The notes under the pieces: model-generated
Database searches by the model: none
Told to the model about the DNA's origin: nothing
The model's input: the letters and a program-made list of their open reading frames with translations, nothing else
Shown here: positions 33,434 to 47,276 of the stretch, one piece after another
Position numbering within the stretch: the first letter of the stretch is position 1
Layout: every line of letters begins with the position of its first letter
Source: Nemertoderma westbladi
Taxonomy: Eukaryota; Animalia; Xenacoelomorpha
Reading direction: 5' to 3'
DNA length: 64,000 nt
NCBI GenBank assembly: GCA_032718475.1
Contig: JAUCBJ010006622.1
Span: forward strand, 19,522 to 83,521
Program-made: the position numbers and the translations under genes

Positions 33434-33960
33434 CCGGTCGGGATCCCTGACCCCGTCACATTGAGAACATTAGGTGCATTATGTGTACATATTAACTGCA
33501 GTGAGAGAAAAGTATTTCAGGAAGCAGTAAGTCAATTAGAAGAGACAGAACCTATTATTGCCCAGGAAATTAATTCACCGCCTTTACTAAGTACAAACCC
33601 CTTTTCACCCAATTATTTTGAAAAGTCCAGTAGTATACATCCTACCGGATCCTATAGTAACGATGTACCTTACTGTAGAATCCAGCAGTGTATACGGGCT
33701 CGTACAGTATCTGACAATAAATCCCAGTCCAGGGTGTCTAAACAAACAGATACTAAGTACGCAAACTACTACTGGCGAGGAACGGAGCCTGATGTCTATT
33801 CTAATACGTGGGCGAGTCAAATGCCCGGGCGAACTAGACAAAACAGGATACCTGGCCTCTAACCGGTGAGGCAGATGTACAGTCTACAGTGACAGACCAA
33901 ACTCACGGGAAAACAATCCCCGCGCAGCGAATCCTAACTATCGCTAATGGATCTAAATAC
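33434..33960 (+). pseudogene. Probable continuation of the decayed Gypsy element
   Basis: Follows the right TSD; ORF remnants with low-complexity tail-like sequence (RGRVKCP); no 3' LTR found. Confidence 0.3.
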
Positions 33961-34556
33961 TGTAAACTTGCCGCGGTGTGATTTATATGGTTTATATACG
34001 AGCTAGCGGATCAATAGACTAGCGTAACAATACTGCCGACAGAAATAAGCAGTCAAAAGGGTGCCCCAAAGTACCTCTTATGTGCCTTAAACTAAATATT
34101 AAATATCTCCACAAATTACAAAACTACAGAATAGTACATAGAAACTGTAAGATAAATCCTATTGGAAGTATCCTATTGTAATCAGTAGCTAGTAGGTCTC
34201 AAAAGGCGTGTGTGTTTCAGGACGCATGTGTGTACGTGTGTGTGTGTGTTACGAAAAAAACAATTTTGGTGTATCGCCGTTATGCTAGGTTTTAGTGATT
34301 TTAATCAAAATAACAATACCGGGTGCTAGCTACTCGAATAAGTTAGTCGCACGCTGTAGGCTCAATACTTACAAACTGACGTCAAAAGGGCTCTCTTTTC
34401 CTTCTTTCACAACTCAACCGGGCAATTACGGTCCCTCCCAGTAGTAGTACGTAGCTAGTAGTTCTCAAAGATAATTGGTTTGGCTTGCATAGACCCGACC
34501 CACCTAATATAACAGCAATATACTTTACAAATAGCCCCATGCTTTACAATACATAG

Positions 34557-35813
34557 TGTAAAAGCTTTTGCGGAATTGCCCGGTTATTTTCCCCGTAAAG
34601 TACTCTGTAGTTGGTTTAGCAGGCATAAAAGTCCGTGTCATTGCTGTACCGGTGTTTTTAGGGGACATAAAAGCTATTTCTTCTGTATGTGTACTTTAGA
34701 GGACATAATTAGCAATTCTATGACGCAACGCCCTAGATCCTCTTGAAACAGTGTCGTTACTATGATGACAGCTAACGGCTGAGCTTTACACGTGTAGCTT
34801 GCCCGGAGCCTTGCCTTGGTTCTTTGTTCTGCTCAGCTCAAAATGACGACATCTATCAGCTGTGTCCACGTGGAGCCTTTTGCCATTCGACCAATCAGAG
34901 ATTCCCTCTTTGTGTAAAAGCTGTACAGCAGAATTACAGGATTCAGTACTGACGTTTCCCCCACGCCTAGAACACCGGCCGGGGAATGTTTTCTGACATT
35001 AGAGCGTCTTTAATTATAAGATCATCAAACTGTTATCTTGGTCAACTTGGTTAACTCGGTACTGACTACAGCACCACGGTTTTGCACCTCGGCATCTGAT
35101 TAAGCACCCTGACGTAAACTGCTTTTCGCCGCATTATTTACTGCTTTTACTGTGTTGTTAATTGTATCGTTCGTTTACATATTATTATTGGGAAGAATAT
35201 TGATAACGATCCGAAAACCCAATCTTCTTGATACACTAAGGTTAGAGAGACCGGTTACATATAACAATTTGCGACATACATTATCGTGGTTTGTAGTGAG
35301 TTCAATGCTACTTAATAGGCCCTACAAATGTCGGTTGTTATTCTCTTTATATATGATTAAAATCAGTGAATGTCGGCAATTCAGTGTGCAGTTGTGTGCA
35401 ATAGTCTGTGTGTGCTTGACCGAGTAACAAAGCATTTCCTAAAGAATGCACTTTGGTGATCTATAAGACATACTGTTGTGTATAGTGTAAGTCATAGCTC
35501 TGTTTAAATAGATAGAGCGCCACGTCCTAAAGGAACTGCTAATATTTCCCGAAAGTGAATAATATTCGTCAGAGATTATATATTAACGATCAATCGAATA
35601 GTATGGTAGGCCTGCACCGCAATCAAATTAAAGCATCCAAATCCAGTCTCCCGGGTATATCCAGCGGGTGAATGGTCGCGCACAGACTGGCTTTGGCTAA
35701 TGTTAGAATTATTATAGGTGTTCAATACTTGTCATAGGCTGGAGTAGATTTATAACCTAGAAGACATATAGATTTGGCGGGTTAAACTGCCAAAGGTCTT
35801 AAAAGCGCGAACA
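34557..35813 (+). repeat. 5' LTR
   Basis: tgtaaaagc...gcgaaca; direct repeat of 45036-46293. Confidence 0.96.
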
Positions 35814-36099
35814 ATAACAATTTGTGGGATCTTGATTGCGGCGTAAGCGATCAAGACTAAAGTACCGGTCGACCGGTAACCAGTAGGCCTGAATGCCTGA
35901 TCATCCGGACCGGTACTTACAACAGTACAGGTATATCAGTACTATTTCGATTGTGATATTGTATACTGGTAGGCTGTTTAAGAGATTAGGGACGGTACAC
36001 CCCTTGTTTCTTTTGGAGCTTACTTATTTCTGTCAGTTTTATTTATTTGTAGGCTAGTATTGAGCAGAAGGCGTGTAAGCCTGCTCAGTCTGTACAGAC

Positions 36100-36616
36100 A
36101 ATTTGTAGGCTAGACTGTTGTCTGACTGTTGTTAGGTCTGAACGGATTGCAGTGTGTGTAGAGTCTGTCCGATAAAGTGCCAGTTAGTAAGTAGGGGCAT
36201 CTTGAGTTGTAAGGTCAACCCCCTCTTAAAGAATAAGTCGTACTACCGAGTTAGAACGCATACTAACTAACCATTTTGGAATCTGCATATACTGTAGTTT
36301 ATTTAGGCTTGATAGTAGTCTGCCAGCGTCTTGGCCTGTGTTTGTTGGTGTGGTCTGTTCAGGTACCGTACTAGTTATTACTCAGATATTTTGTAGGCTG
36401 GATTGTTGTCTGGCTGTTATTAGGTCTGAAGATTGCGGCGTGTGTAGAGTCTGTCCGATAAAGTGCCAGTTAGTAAGTTGGGGCATCTTGAGTTGTAAGG
36501 TCAACCCCCTCCTAAAGAATAAGTCGTACTACCGTGTTAGAACGCATACTAACTAACCATTTTGGAATCTGCACATACTGTAGTTTATTTAGGCTTGATA
36601 GTAGTCTGCCAGCGTT
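36100..36616 (+). repeat. Tandem duplication (~286-bp period) in the BEL 5' leader
   Basis: gtgtagagtctgtccgataaagtgccagttagtaag...gatagtagtctgccagcgt occurs twice. Confidence 0.85.
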
Positions 36617-37988
36617 TGGTTTGTATTTTGTTTGAGTATTCTGTACGGGTAGCGTAATATTTATTATTCAGAGTTTATGCGATTATTCGCAACATTCATG
36701 TCCCCAAGTTTATTCCTACAGTAATTGTGCTTGTTATACATACCGTTATAGTTAAATTAACCCCGGTACTACACGGGCTGCTTGGCGTAGGTAAAGACCG
36801 GAGATTTTGTGCTTTGGTCACTCCAGCAGATGCCGTGGTTCTTTTAGCTGTTCAAGTATTTTAACTACTGATTATTTGTTGTACAAGTACTTGTACCTAA
36901 TTTAGGGTTTAGTGTACAGTGCTTTCCGAAGGTAATTAGTGTGTAGGCAGTATATTTGTGTTGTAAAGTGGTTAATAGGCACGTTGGTTCTGGTAGACCG
37001 CGGTAATTAACTTCTAGGTAGGGACACTCCGTGATACATAACGTAGTACCTATAGCGATACGGCTATAGGTCGTCAGACGGTGGTATTTTCCTACCTGGA
37101 CAACACAGTGTATTTACTACTACTTATTATTTTCAAATACCGTAGTATCCTGTCCGTTGTAATAACCAGAAAATCTAACACTCTGTTAGACTGGTTTGTA
37201 GTTCCCTGTAAAATTACCCTAAAATTTCGTACGTAATATTTTTGTTGTGTTTAATTAGAGATTTAATCTCACCCGTATCGTAAGTAATTCGTAGATAAGT
37301 AACTTAGGAAGTATAATTATTTGTTTTAGTGTCCAATAAGTAGCACTTCACTGAGAGCGCACAGCTTTTGTGTAGTGATTACTTCCCAGAAATAATAACA
37401 TCTATTTCAATATTGTAACAAAACCCCTCATACGGGTACATATAAATCCACTAAATCTATTAATAAAATAGTAGGCCTGTTATACAACACTTAGGTCTTA
37501 ATATCAGTTGGACTGCTGCTCAAATAACGGTAATAAAGTAAGTAAAGTAACCAAGTAACCCCTAACATTCAGAAATTCAATTATTTTAAAATAATTGACA
37601 TACCGGTATTTACAATAGGCTTATTATATTTATTCTATAAATTTAGGCTGAAATCATACTGGTATTCTGTAATTAATTCTAGTCTGTAATAATTATACTT
37701 ATATATACTATAAGTGTCAGCTGTATACCGGTATTCACGATAGGCCTATTATATATTTATATATATTTGTGCTAAATTTATATACCGGTATTCTGTGACA
37801 AATCTAGTCTGTAATAATACTTATATATATACTATAAGCATACCGGTATTCTAATATATTATATATATATATCACGCTACACTGAGTAGCAGTATCGGTA
37901 ATTAATTATTAGGCTAACAGTGATACTGAATTACTAGACTTGCTTTAACTGTATTTATAGCCGTAGGCATTCAACTGTGTAAACAAAC

Positions 37989-40900
37989 ATGTCAGACACA
38001 ACCCAATCACTGTCGGATAGTGTCTTAGAAAGTGTTAGAATGACTGTTAGACAGTGTCTTAAAAAGATCAGTGACCCAGATCCAAGTATAGAACATCCTA
38101 GATCCAAGTCTAAGTCACCTACTATTGTAAGAAAGGCCATCCCTACAGTAGTAGTGTCAGACCCTAGGCTAGTAGAACAACGTAGGTCTATCATCGGCAC
38201 TCGGGCCCCAGTCAAGCGGGATCAAGAAGCAGCTGTCAAACAGCAGCAACATCCTAGCCAAGAACCTAGTTCTCAACGGCCCGATAGCTCCAGTAGTTCG
38301 GATACTGTTGAGCGGACGCCCGGACGCGGAGTGAAAATGGCGGATACGGTTTATGATGAGCGGCCAACCTATGAAGAATCAACCGACGCCACTTCTTCTC
38401 AAGTGGAAAGCGAAGTGGAAAGCGAATTAACAGCAGCAGAGAAGCCGCGAACTAGAGACGCCATTGACATCTATCTGTCAGACTATCAGCGATTCCTAGG
38501 AGACGAAGAGTTGAGGAGATGACTGTCTGGACTTCGCCCTAATAGTGGAGGAACCAAGCTTGTGTTGGACTCAATCGATGCGGAAATGTTAGCTGCAAAC
38601 CAAGCTAAATTTGATGAAAAACTCCGCCTCGCTAGAGTCCAAGAAGAACAAGTAAAGAAAAAACGGATAGAGGACCGAAAGGCAGCAGCAGTAGCAGCGG
38701 CAATGGCAGAAGCAGAAGTGGAAAGAAAGGCGGCAAAGGCAGTGGCAGAAGCAGAACGGAGAGCGTCTGAGGAGACTACCCAACTGGAGTTGGAAAATCT
38801 GCAAGAGACGCAAGACAACATAAATAAACAATTAACTGCTAGTCAAATGCAGATGATGAGTCGATCTACTCCCAAACGCCAGGAATATACATCATCGGAG
38901 GAAGGCGAGACTACAGATCCTGAAGGCGGAGGAAATAGATCTCGTCTAAGCAGGCGTAGAAAAACATCTCACCGTCACAAATTGCCTGATTTGCCCCCAG
39001 CTGTTAGAAGACAACTAGCTAGCACAGACTTAAGTAGTACAGAACCCACAGACCAAATTATGAAGGTCAAAAGACTCCCTACGATAGTTGATGAGCCTGA
39101 AATAATTAGGCCTGTCGTTCCCAAAGCCACTTCTGTGCTAGAGACCCCTGTACTTCCAGAGCTTAACTCTAAATTCCCTTTACACAGTACTACACTGCCT
39201 GTACCCGGTAGAACAGTCCATGAGAATATCCCTGTCCTGGACGCTGAGAGAGAAATCAAAGATTTGTCTCCCGTCGTCCCGCGTCTGCCCGCTACAATGT
39301 TGGCGACTCCCGCTTCGGCGGTCGAGTGGGTAGAGGAGGGACGGCGGGGGATGAATCTCCTGCTCGGACAGATGCAGGAGACTGTCCACCAACTCAAGGG
39401 AACAGTAAGGGAAAGTATGTTAGAATTGCAAGAAGTGCAGCAAAGTATCGCGCTAGAACGCGACAAATTAGTCAATATACAAAAGGGTATACCAATACCC
39501 CCTGTAACATTGTGTCAACCTGTTAGGTCTGAAGTATTACATGCGCAAGGTGTGGAGCCTACACGCATCTATACTGCTAGTGAAGTAGAAACTCCTATAG
39601 CAAACCCTATTAAGGGTGATTATAAACCTGTTGTTGATGATATTCCCTATAGACCTGATAATAATCCGGGAAATTTATATACCGATAATTCGATATTAAA
39701 TAATACGATGGCCCAAGAAAGCTTTACGCGTCAGATGGCTAGAACAGAAGCCCGCCAAGCGGTCAAAGTGGGAGAAATCGTCAAATTCAATGGAGATGAG
39801 ATGAAATGGTTACCTTTCAATGAATATTACAAAGATAGCATACAGAACTCTGTACTATCTAACGGAGAGAAACTTAGATTCCTCATCAAGTGCTTGGAAG
39901 GACCTCCCAAGTTAATGGCGTTAAAGTTTATTGGACATCCAGATGGATTAAGACAAGTTTGGGATACATTAAACATCAGGTATGGTAACAAGGATAACAT
40001 AGCTAAGTATTTGTATGCAAAATTAGTAGCCCCCCGAAAGTTCCTTAGTAGCGGGATTATAGAGTTTTCCGATGAGATTCAGGAGATCTGTAGACAATTG
40101 GATTGGTTAGGTAAGTCTCATGAATATCAGAGTTCCATGGTTATTGGAGCCGTAGTCTCTACTTTACCAAAGGGTGGAGTATGTACACGCTGGGACAAGA
40201 AAGTGTTGCATATGAATGAGCAGCAACGACGAGGCCCTACCATGGCTGATCTCATGTCCTTCTTAGATAGTGAAGTAAAATTACAACTCATAAAGCAGTC
40301 CAGAGAGAAAACATCGGAAAATAAGGTAAGTGAGAAACCCGTTTCTAGGAGAAGGGTAACACCAGTGTGTTATACTGACGATGGCGAAAGCCAAGCTTCT
40401 CAAGAAGAGGACAGCGGGAAAGACACAGCAAAATCTTACTATGACAACAAGACCTATAAAGACGTAAGTAAATATAAGTCTCGAACCAGTGACAGGAGAG
40501 AACAGGTAACAACAACTCCTCCTACGTCTCCTAAGAGAATTCACGGAAGAAAGCCCGAAGAAAGAACGAGAGTGCATAACGTTACCCAAGGTAAAGTGAG
40601 TAACATCAAACCAAAATGTGCGCTGTGCGACGGGCCCCACCGTTTGAGTGTGTGTGCTGAATTCCTAAAGAAATCCCTGGTAGACAGACGTGAAGTCATG
40701 TGGGATAAGCGGTTATGCTATAATTGCCTCAGACAAGGACACCAACGGCGAACCTGTTACTCCGACGTAAAGTGTGCAAAGTGTGGTGCGAAACATCACA
40801 TCTTGTTACACAGTGAATTCGAACGAAACAACCCGAGTCAGGTAAGTGAGCCCGAACTACATGTCCAATTCAGTGATGTAAATGACACTGATCAAGAATC

Positions 40901-42050
40901 TGAGATGGAAGGATTCTATACGGACGAATTCTCCGACGCCAACGAATCCTGTTACCTAATAAATACCGCAGTGTATCAAGCACTTACATATGAAAAGGAC
41001 ACCGACAATGAGTTCCCCCCAACTACCTTTGACAGACAACCATCTTGGAAACCTCCAACTTCCAACGTAGGAATCAGAGAATTTCCTGTAGTGCAGGTAA
41101 GAGTTCACAGTCCTAACAAAAGTTACATAGTGAACGCCCTCCTTGATTCCGGCAGCACAGGAACATTCATCGATCAAGAACTAGCCGAAGACATCTTTGC
41201 TGGACAACCCAAATTCCGAACTAAGTTGAATATGTCAGGAATTATGCAGGTTTGGAAATCTACCATAACGGCAGATTACTATGTAGGTGCGTTGTCCACC
41301 CCCCAGGATAAATTAGGAGAACAAAGTATAAGGGCAGTAAAAATGGTGGCTATAAAGAACTTCGCTACTACCCAAGGAGAACCTTATAACTGGGACGAGG
41401 ACGAGAGCATCCAGCAGCTTAAGATACCTCGATTCCACACAGATTATCCTGGAGTGCAAATACTCATCGGCCAAAACGCGCATGAGGCGCTAGAGACATT
41501 GGAGAAACGGCCTGCTCAACCACAGCCACTACAAACCTATGCGGTAAGAACTAGAGTAGGTTGGTACTTCACTGGCCCTTCCCGTAGAACTCTCAAAGAG
41601 AGATTACCTCAAGAACAGGTATACCAAGTAAAGGAATGGGAAGTGGAGAGCAGTGAGGTGGACGACCCAACTGAGGGAACACCATACTCCTCAGATAATG
41701 ACGATATTAACTCCACTATAGATCAATGGAGACATTGCCTTGGGACGATTAATCCAGCCGACATTGCTTCCAGAGGAGCAACTCCTCAAGAACTAATAGA
41801 TACTCCAGGCTGGTTAGGTGGATCCGACTTCTTAAGTAAAGAAGAAGAAGAATGGCCTCCTCATCTTACCACAGCGGAGATTAGACAGGCCAAGGGAGTG
41901 GAGAAAGTAACACAACAACTCAATCGCCCAGTTGGTCGTTTATGTTTACTGGAAAGAGACCGAAAACTGTCCGGAAACTATGGAAGGCAAGATACTCTTC
42001 CTACGACCACTTCCCTAATCCGACAAATATCTAGGGACTCCATAACGTGA
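37989..42050 (+). CDS. BEL/Pao gag-protease fused to RNase H and integrase tail fragments; one in-frame TGA at 38520-38522
   Basis: KFNGD..KW..F...LSNGEKLRFL..CLEG (DUF1759-like); three Zn knuckles CALCDGPH, CYNCL..GH, CAKC..KHH; protease ALLDSGS; then QWRH...NPADIASRG...WLGGSDFL and RPVGRLCLLE; no RT or IN core. Confidence 0.88.
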
Positions 42051-45035
42051 CTATATCATTTTATATTTGTTTTTATTTTATATTTATGTATGTATTATTA
42101 TGTAATTTTATTATAATCGTTTTCTTTAATTTTATTTAGTAGAATGTTATTTTAGTGATTATTTAGTAGATTAGTGCAATATATTATTGTTTATTACGTA
42201 CGTAATTACTTATAATATATATTTAGTGTGACGGCGAGAAATAATTATTTTTTCTCTTTCCTTACTGTCCGTATCATATTATAAATACGTGACTACAGTA
42301 GGATGAAATGTCCGTACTTATTAAAGTACAATAAAGCCACTACTATATTCAAGTATTATTGGTAGGCAGAGTATTAGGAATGCAAAGTTCAGATCCTCGT
42401 GTCTCGGCTAAACCAAGCTCTGGGTAGACCTTGGAAACGCCTTGCCTCTTCACACTGACATTGCTTCGTGCGATATTGCTCTCATACCATATATAATAAT
42501 ACATATAGTAGCGTGATGTCCCTCTAACAGTAGCGTGAAATGCAAATAAATCTGTTAAACCTTTTGACCATCTGTAATTCTAGTCGATTAAGATATCGCG
42601 GCACCCACCGATATACTTGAAAGACAAATTCTAGAATCAGTGGTTAACGTCCCCAGACAAGTTCTGGAATAAATTGGTGCCCATCTCAAATATTAATTAT
42701 TTAATATTTATAAATCTATAAATCAAAATCTGTAAAATTCAGATCCTTTAACAATTCTAGTCGATTAAGATATCGTAGCACTTACCGATACTCTTAAAAG
42801 ACAATTTTCATAGAATTAAGGATCCTATGTCCCCAGACCTGCTCTGGAATCAAATTGTGTCAATTGCACTATCAAATAATAAAATTTCAGGGAATTTGAA
42901 TTCATATTTTAATGAATTTAATAAATTGTCATTCTGTGCAATTTATAACATTCCCAAAATCCCATTAATTAATAGATCACGGGAGCGGAGATTCGTCCTA
43001 TTAAGTGTGTTAGAGTGTGAGAATCTCCCATGTATGAGTCAATAGCCGATAAAATTTATAAAATCATATATAAACGAGATATTGGACCATTAAAGAATTA
43101 CTATTAAATAGCATCCCAGATCTGTATGCATTGGAATTACCCTAATTCTACCGCTAGCTTTCCATAATGTCACCATAGTAACACCCACGCTAGAATTAGA
43201 AACAAGTTAAAAAGAACAATAGAAAGCTTGCCCCATTGCATAGTAAGAAATAAATAGCGCACTGCTAGTATCCAAGGATACATAATAATAACGTGGCATT
43301 CTGGAAGGCACTGACTAACGGACAAATGGCCCGAGTGTGTGTAATTTGTGACAGTTGTGTGTGTGGAATTTGTGAGTTTATAGGCGAATGTTACTACTAA
43401 GGTGTGTTTACAGTAGCGAGTCGCAATTGTGAAACTAACCCTAACTCTCCAGTAAGAACCTGAAGTGTATCTAAGCCTTTGGGACGGACAGTGGAGTGAC
43501 TCGTGCTAGTGTCGTTGTCGTTGTGTAGCTACACGTTGGCGGAAAACACAGCGGCGACGATACATTTGCGCTGAGGCTATTACACTGTCCGGGGGCTGAT
43601 TGGGGTAGGCAGCGACGCTCGCTAGCCTAATTATAAGCTCATTATAATATTAATAAACTCATATATAGCAGATATAACGGAGTTGATAGAAGATGGTCTT
43701 GGTATCGGGGAGCGATATACTCTACCTTTACAAGTGTTTGTTGATAGCTTGATACGCGGCGACGCTAGTCCAACTACTACGAAGGACGATGGTCGTTATA
43801 TCGAACTGACGATTTCCTAGAAGCAACTTACGCGTGAATTGGACTATGGAAAATTCACCGCTCGCTACACGCATCGTAATAGTACGTATATGGACTTCTT
43901 AACCATTGGCTATTCTATCGATTCACACGATACGGACTATGTCGAACATATATCCTACCCAGCGGAGTCGGAACGATAAACTGAAATTTGAATGCGAAAA
44001 TTCTATTCGAAATCGACTCGAAAGAAAGACATTAGAGAGACAAATGGACGCGGTAACTCTAACGTATATTTGGAATTCTTGATAGAAGCAATGTAACAAC
44101 AAATAAATATCATCCGCGTTTCCCCTACCAGACGTGCGTCTTTGGTATTATTACGATAAATGCCCTAGACCCAACTAATAAACGGAAAGACATAAACATC
44201 CACGGAAACCGAAACTTGTTCGACATATCACCACCGCTCGCTCGACTCAGACGATCTTTGAGTAAACCTACGATCATAGTTCCGGAATACTCGGTCAGAC
44301 CACCTCGTTCCTTGATTAGACCTCAGACTTTCGATTCTGATGGTATCCCGGATCCTCACGAGCTGTATTCACTGTTCAAAGATCTAGTGCTACCCTAACA
44401 ATTAATCGGTAACACTCCGGCAGCGAGCTCTAGCTAGCCGCCCATCTTACCTAGCCGTATTGGGACGCGGACACCTAATATCACCATTCAACCGTATGGT
44501 CGTCCCAGTTTAACGCGATACAACCCTTCATCAAGGTGAAGGAGGGCGTTGTACGAAACGAGTTAAACGCTATTCTACAAAGATCAGAAAGGAAACCTGC
44601 GTTCGTTCAGATAAACGTAAGTTATAACAGCAAGTCCAAGCGGTAAACGAATTGGCTTTATCTCAGTTCGATTGGGAAATCTTGAATCTCTAAGAAGATA
44701 TCGAGCTTAGACAACCCTATTCTCTGCGAGAGTTTTGGACGAGCGTGTCCAACGACAAGCGGAGGAAAATCAGCTCGAGGAGAAGCAGATCGAAATGGAC
44801 GAGACATTGACCGTAACCCTAAACCTTCTGATGCAATTGTATTGCACCCTTCACCCAGGAGTTATAGCCCTCCTAGTAAAGTGGCTCGCCCCAAAGAGAA
44901 AAGGACTCTTGCTAGTCTCAAGAAACTGCGTAAACGCCGTCCGCGCAAGAAAAACTAACTGTTTAGAGTATCTTTATATTTTAGAAACTGTGATTTTTAT
45001 ATTTTATAGACTAAAATCCCATTTTCTGGGAGCGG

Positions 45036-46293
45036 TGTAAAAGCTTTTGCGGAATTGCCCGGTTATTTTCCCCGTAAAGTACTCTGTAGTTGGTTTAGCA
45101 GGCATAAAAGGCCGTGTCATTGCTGTACCGGTGTTTTTAGGGGACATAAAAGCTATTTCTTCTGTATGTGTACTTTAGAGGACATAATTAGCAATTCTAT
45201 GACGCAACGCCCTAGATCCTCTTGAAACAGTGTCGTTACTATGACGACAGCTAACGGCTGAGCTTTACACGTGTAGCTTGCCCGGAGCCTTGCCTTGGTT
45301 CTTTGTTCTACTCAGCTCAAAATAACGACATCTATCAGCTGTGCCCACGTGGAGCCTTTTGCCATTCGACCAATCAGAGATTCCCTCTTTGTGTAAAAGC
45401 TGTACAGCAGAATTACAGGATTCAGTACTGACGTTTCCCCCACGCCTAGAACACCGGCCGGGGAATGTTTTCTGACATTAGAGCGTCTTTAATTATAAGA
45501 TCATCAAACTGTTATCTTGGTCAACTCGGTTAACTCGGTACTGACTACAGCACCACGGTTTTGCACCTCGGCATCTGATTAAGCACCCTGACGTAAACTG
45601 CTTTTCGCCGCATTATTTACTGCTATTTACTGTGTTGTTAATTGTATTGTTCGTTTACATATTATTATTGGGAAGAATATTGATAACGATCCGAAAACCC
45701 AATCTTCTTGATACACTAAGGTTAGAGAGACCGGTTACATATAACAATTTGCGACATACATTATCGTGGTTTGTAGTGAGTTCAATGCTACTTAATAGGC
45801 CCTACAAATGTCGGTTGTTATTCTCTTTATATATGATTAAAATCAGTGAATGTCGGCAATTCAGTGTGCAGTTGTGTGCAATAGTCTGTGTGTGCTTGAC
45901 CGAGTAACAAAGCATTTCCTAAAGAATGCACTTTGGTGATCTATAAGACATACTGTTGTGTATAGTGTAAGTCATAGCTCTGTTTAAATAGATAGAGCGC
46001 CACGTCCTAAAGGAACTGCTAATATTTCCCGAAAGTGAATAATATTCGTCAGAGATTATATATTAACGATCAATCGAATAGTACGGTAGGCCTGCACCGC
46101 AATCAAATTAAAGCATCCAAATCCAGTCTCCCGGGTATATCCAGCGGGTGAATGGTCGCGCACAGACTGGCTTTGGCTAATGTTAGAATTATTATAGGTG
46201 TTCAATACTTGTCATAGGCTGGAGTAGATTTATAACCTAGAAGACATATAGATTTGGCGGGTTAAACTGCCAAAGGTCTTAAAAGCGCGAACA
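45036..46293 (+). repeat. 3' LTR
   Basis: About 8 substitutions and 1 indel versus the 5' LTR, counted by eye. Confidence 0.96.
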
Positions 46294-47014
46294 CATAGGT
46301 TGTTGTTACACATTTATTAGCGGGATGATAACTATCCCTAATGCTGGGCTATGGCCAAAAAAGTTATTTTGCCCTAGGGCAAAATAACCATATGTAATTC
46401 CCTTTTAGTAGTGAAGTGTTTATCGTGACACCACATACTCACATACAAACATAGGAACCGGTAATGCTGCTGTACTCGTCTTAGGTCTGTTATGTGTCAC
46501 ATCAGGTGTAAATCAGGTATTCAGACCACCAACTAGTTTTGTACTTCATGTTTCATTATTATTGGGCGTTTTGTATTTCATGTTTCATTATTATTGGGCT
46601 GTGCTCCACTAGACTGCAAGGCCTATTTATGTCTCATTAATCACCTCATTGTCATACTCATACTGACGACTTATACTGACGGCACTGACCTATGACTAAA
46701 CTTTCAATTTCCACGGCAAATTAAGAGGTACCGGTACAGTAGGCCTACATAGTGTCACAGTCCAGAGTCGCACCGTACCATGTCTGCAGCCTGCAGCCCT
46801 GCAGGTAGGTCTTGTTTGGCCTGTATTTATAAATGCTGCAAGGTACCGTACTACCTCGTACTGCAGTGAGGCGTTTCTCCAGTTCCTTCCTCCTAAATGT
46901 TAAAAAAAGATATCTAAGAATGTCGTATAAATACGTTCGCCCCTTTCTGCCTTTTCCTTTTTAATACAGACATTGAAACGTTTTAATATTAAAGTAAAGT
47001 AAAAAAAAGTATTA

Positions 47015-47276
47015 ACCAGTCTTCTAAGCTGAAGGTCTGGTGTTCAAGCCCCAGAACAGCCAAATTGTTGCTAGCTTCCAGTTGTACTGTAGGCTAATGG
47101 CAACCTGTCATGAGTTAAGGAGTAAAGAATATGGTTAGATAACCAGAGTACTCGACCTTGGGAGTAGTGTGGTGCCTTCCCCGCGTTACAGATAATAGCC
47201 AAGAGAATGGAGCCTTTGCGTTGTTGCCTCGGGTGTTTCTTCTTACACGTTTGAATATAACTTTACTTTACTTTTA
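47015..47276 (+). mobile_element. 5'-truncated tRNA-derived SINE-like element
   Basis: Anticodon-arm-like gtcttctaagc, B-box-like tgttcaagccc, 3' (CTTTA)n tail. Confidence 0.4.

Larger units (their letters stand above)
34557..46293 (+). mobile_element. BEL/Pao LTR retrotransposon, internally deleted
   Basis: Two ~1.26-kb TG...CA LTRs, 5-bp TSD CATAG (34552-56, 46294-98), purine tract GGGAGCGG before the 3' LTR, BEL-type gag-protease. Confidence 0.96.

Noticed and set aside
34240-34260. TGTTACG as the start of a Gypsy 3' LTR
   Set aside because: Similarity to 7635 stops after 7 nt
34415-34590. Short inverted match (aaccgggcaatt) between the flank and the BEL LTR start
   Set aside because: Only ~15 nt with no extension; likely chance
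35152-35427. 91-aa ORF duplicated at 45632-45907
   Set aside because: Lies inside the LTRs, starts at GTG and has no recognisable motif
47015-47060. tRNA gene
   Set aside because: No acceptor stem or A box; better explained as a SINE head fragment
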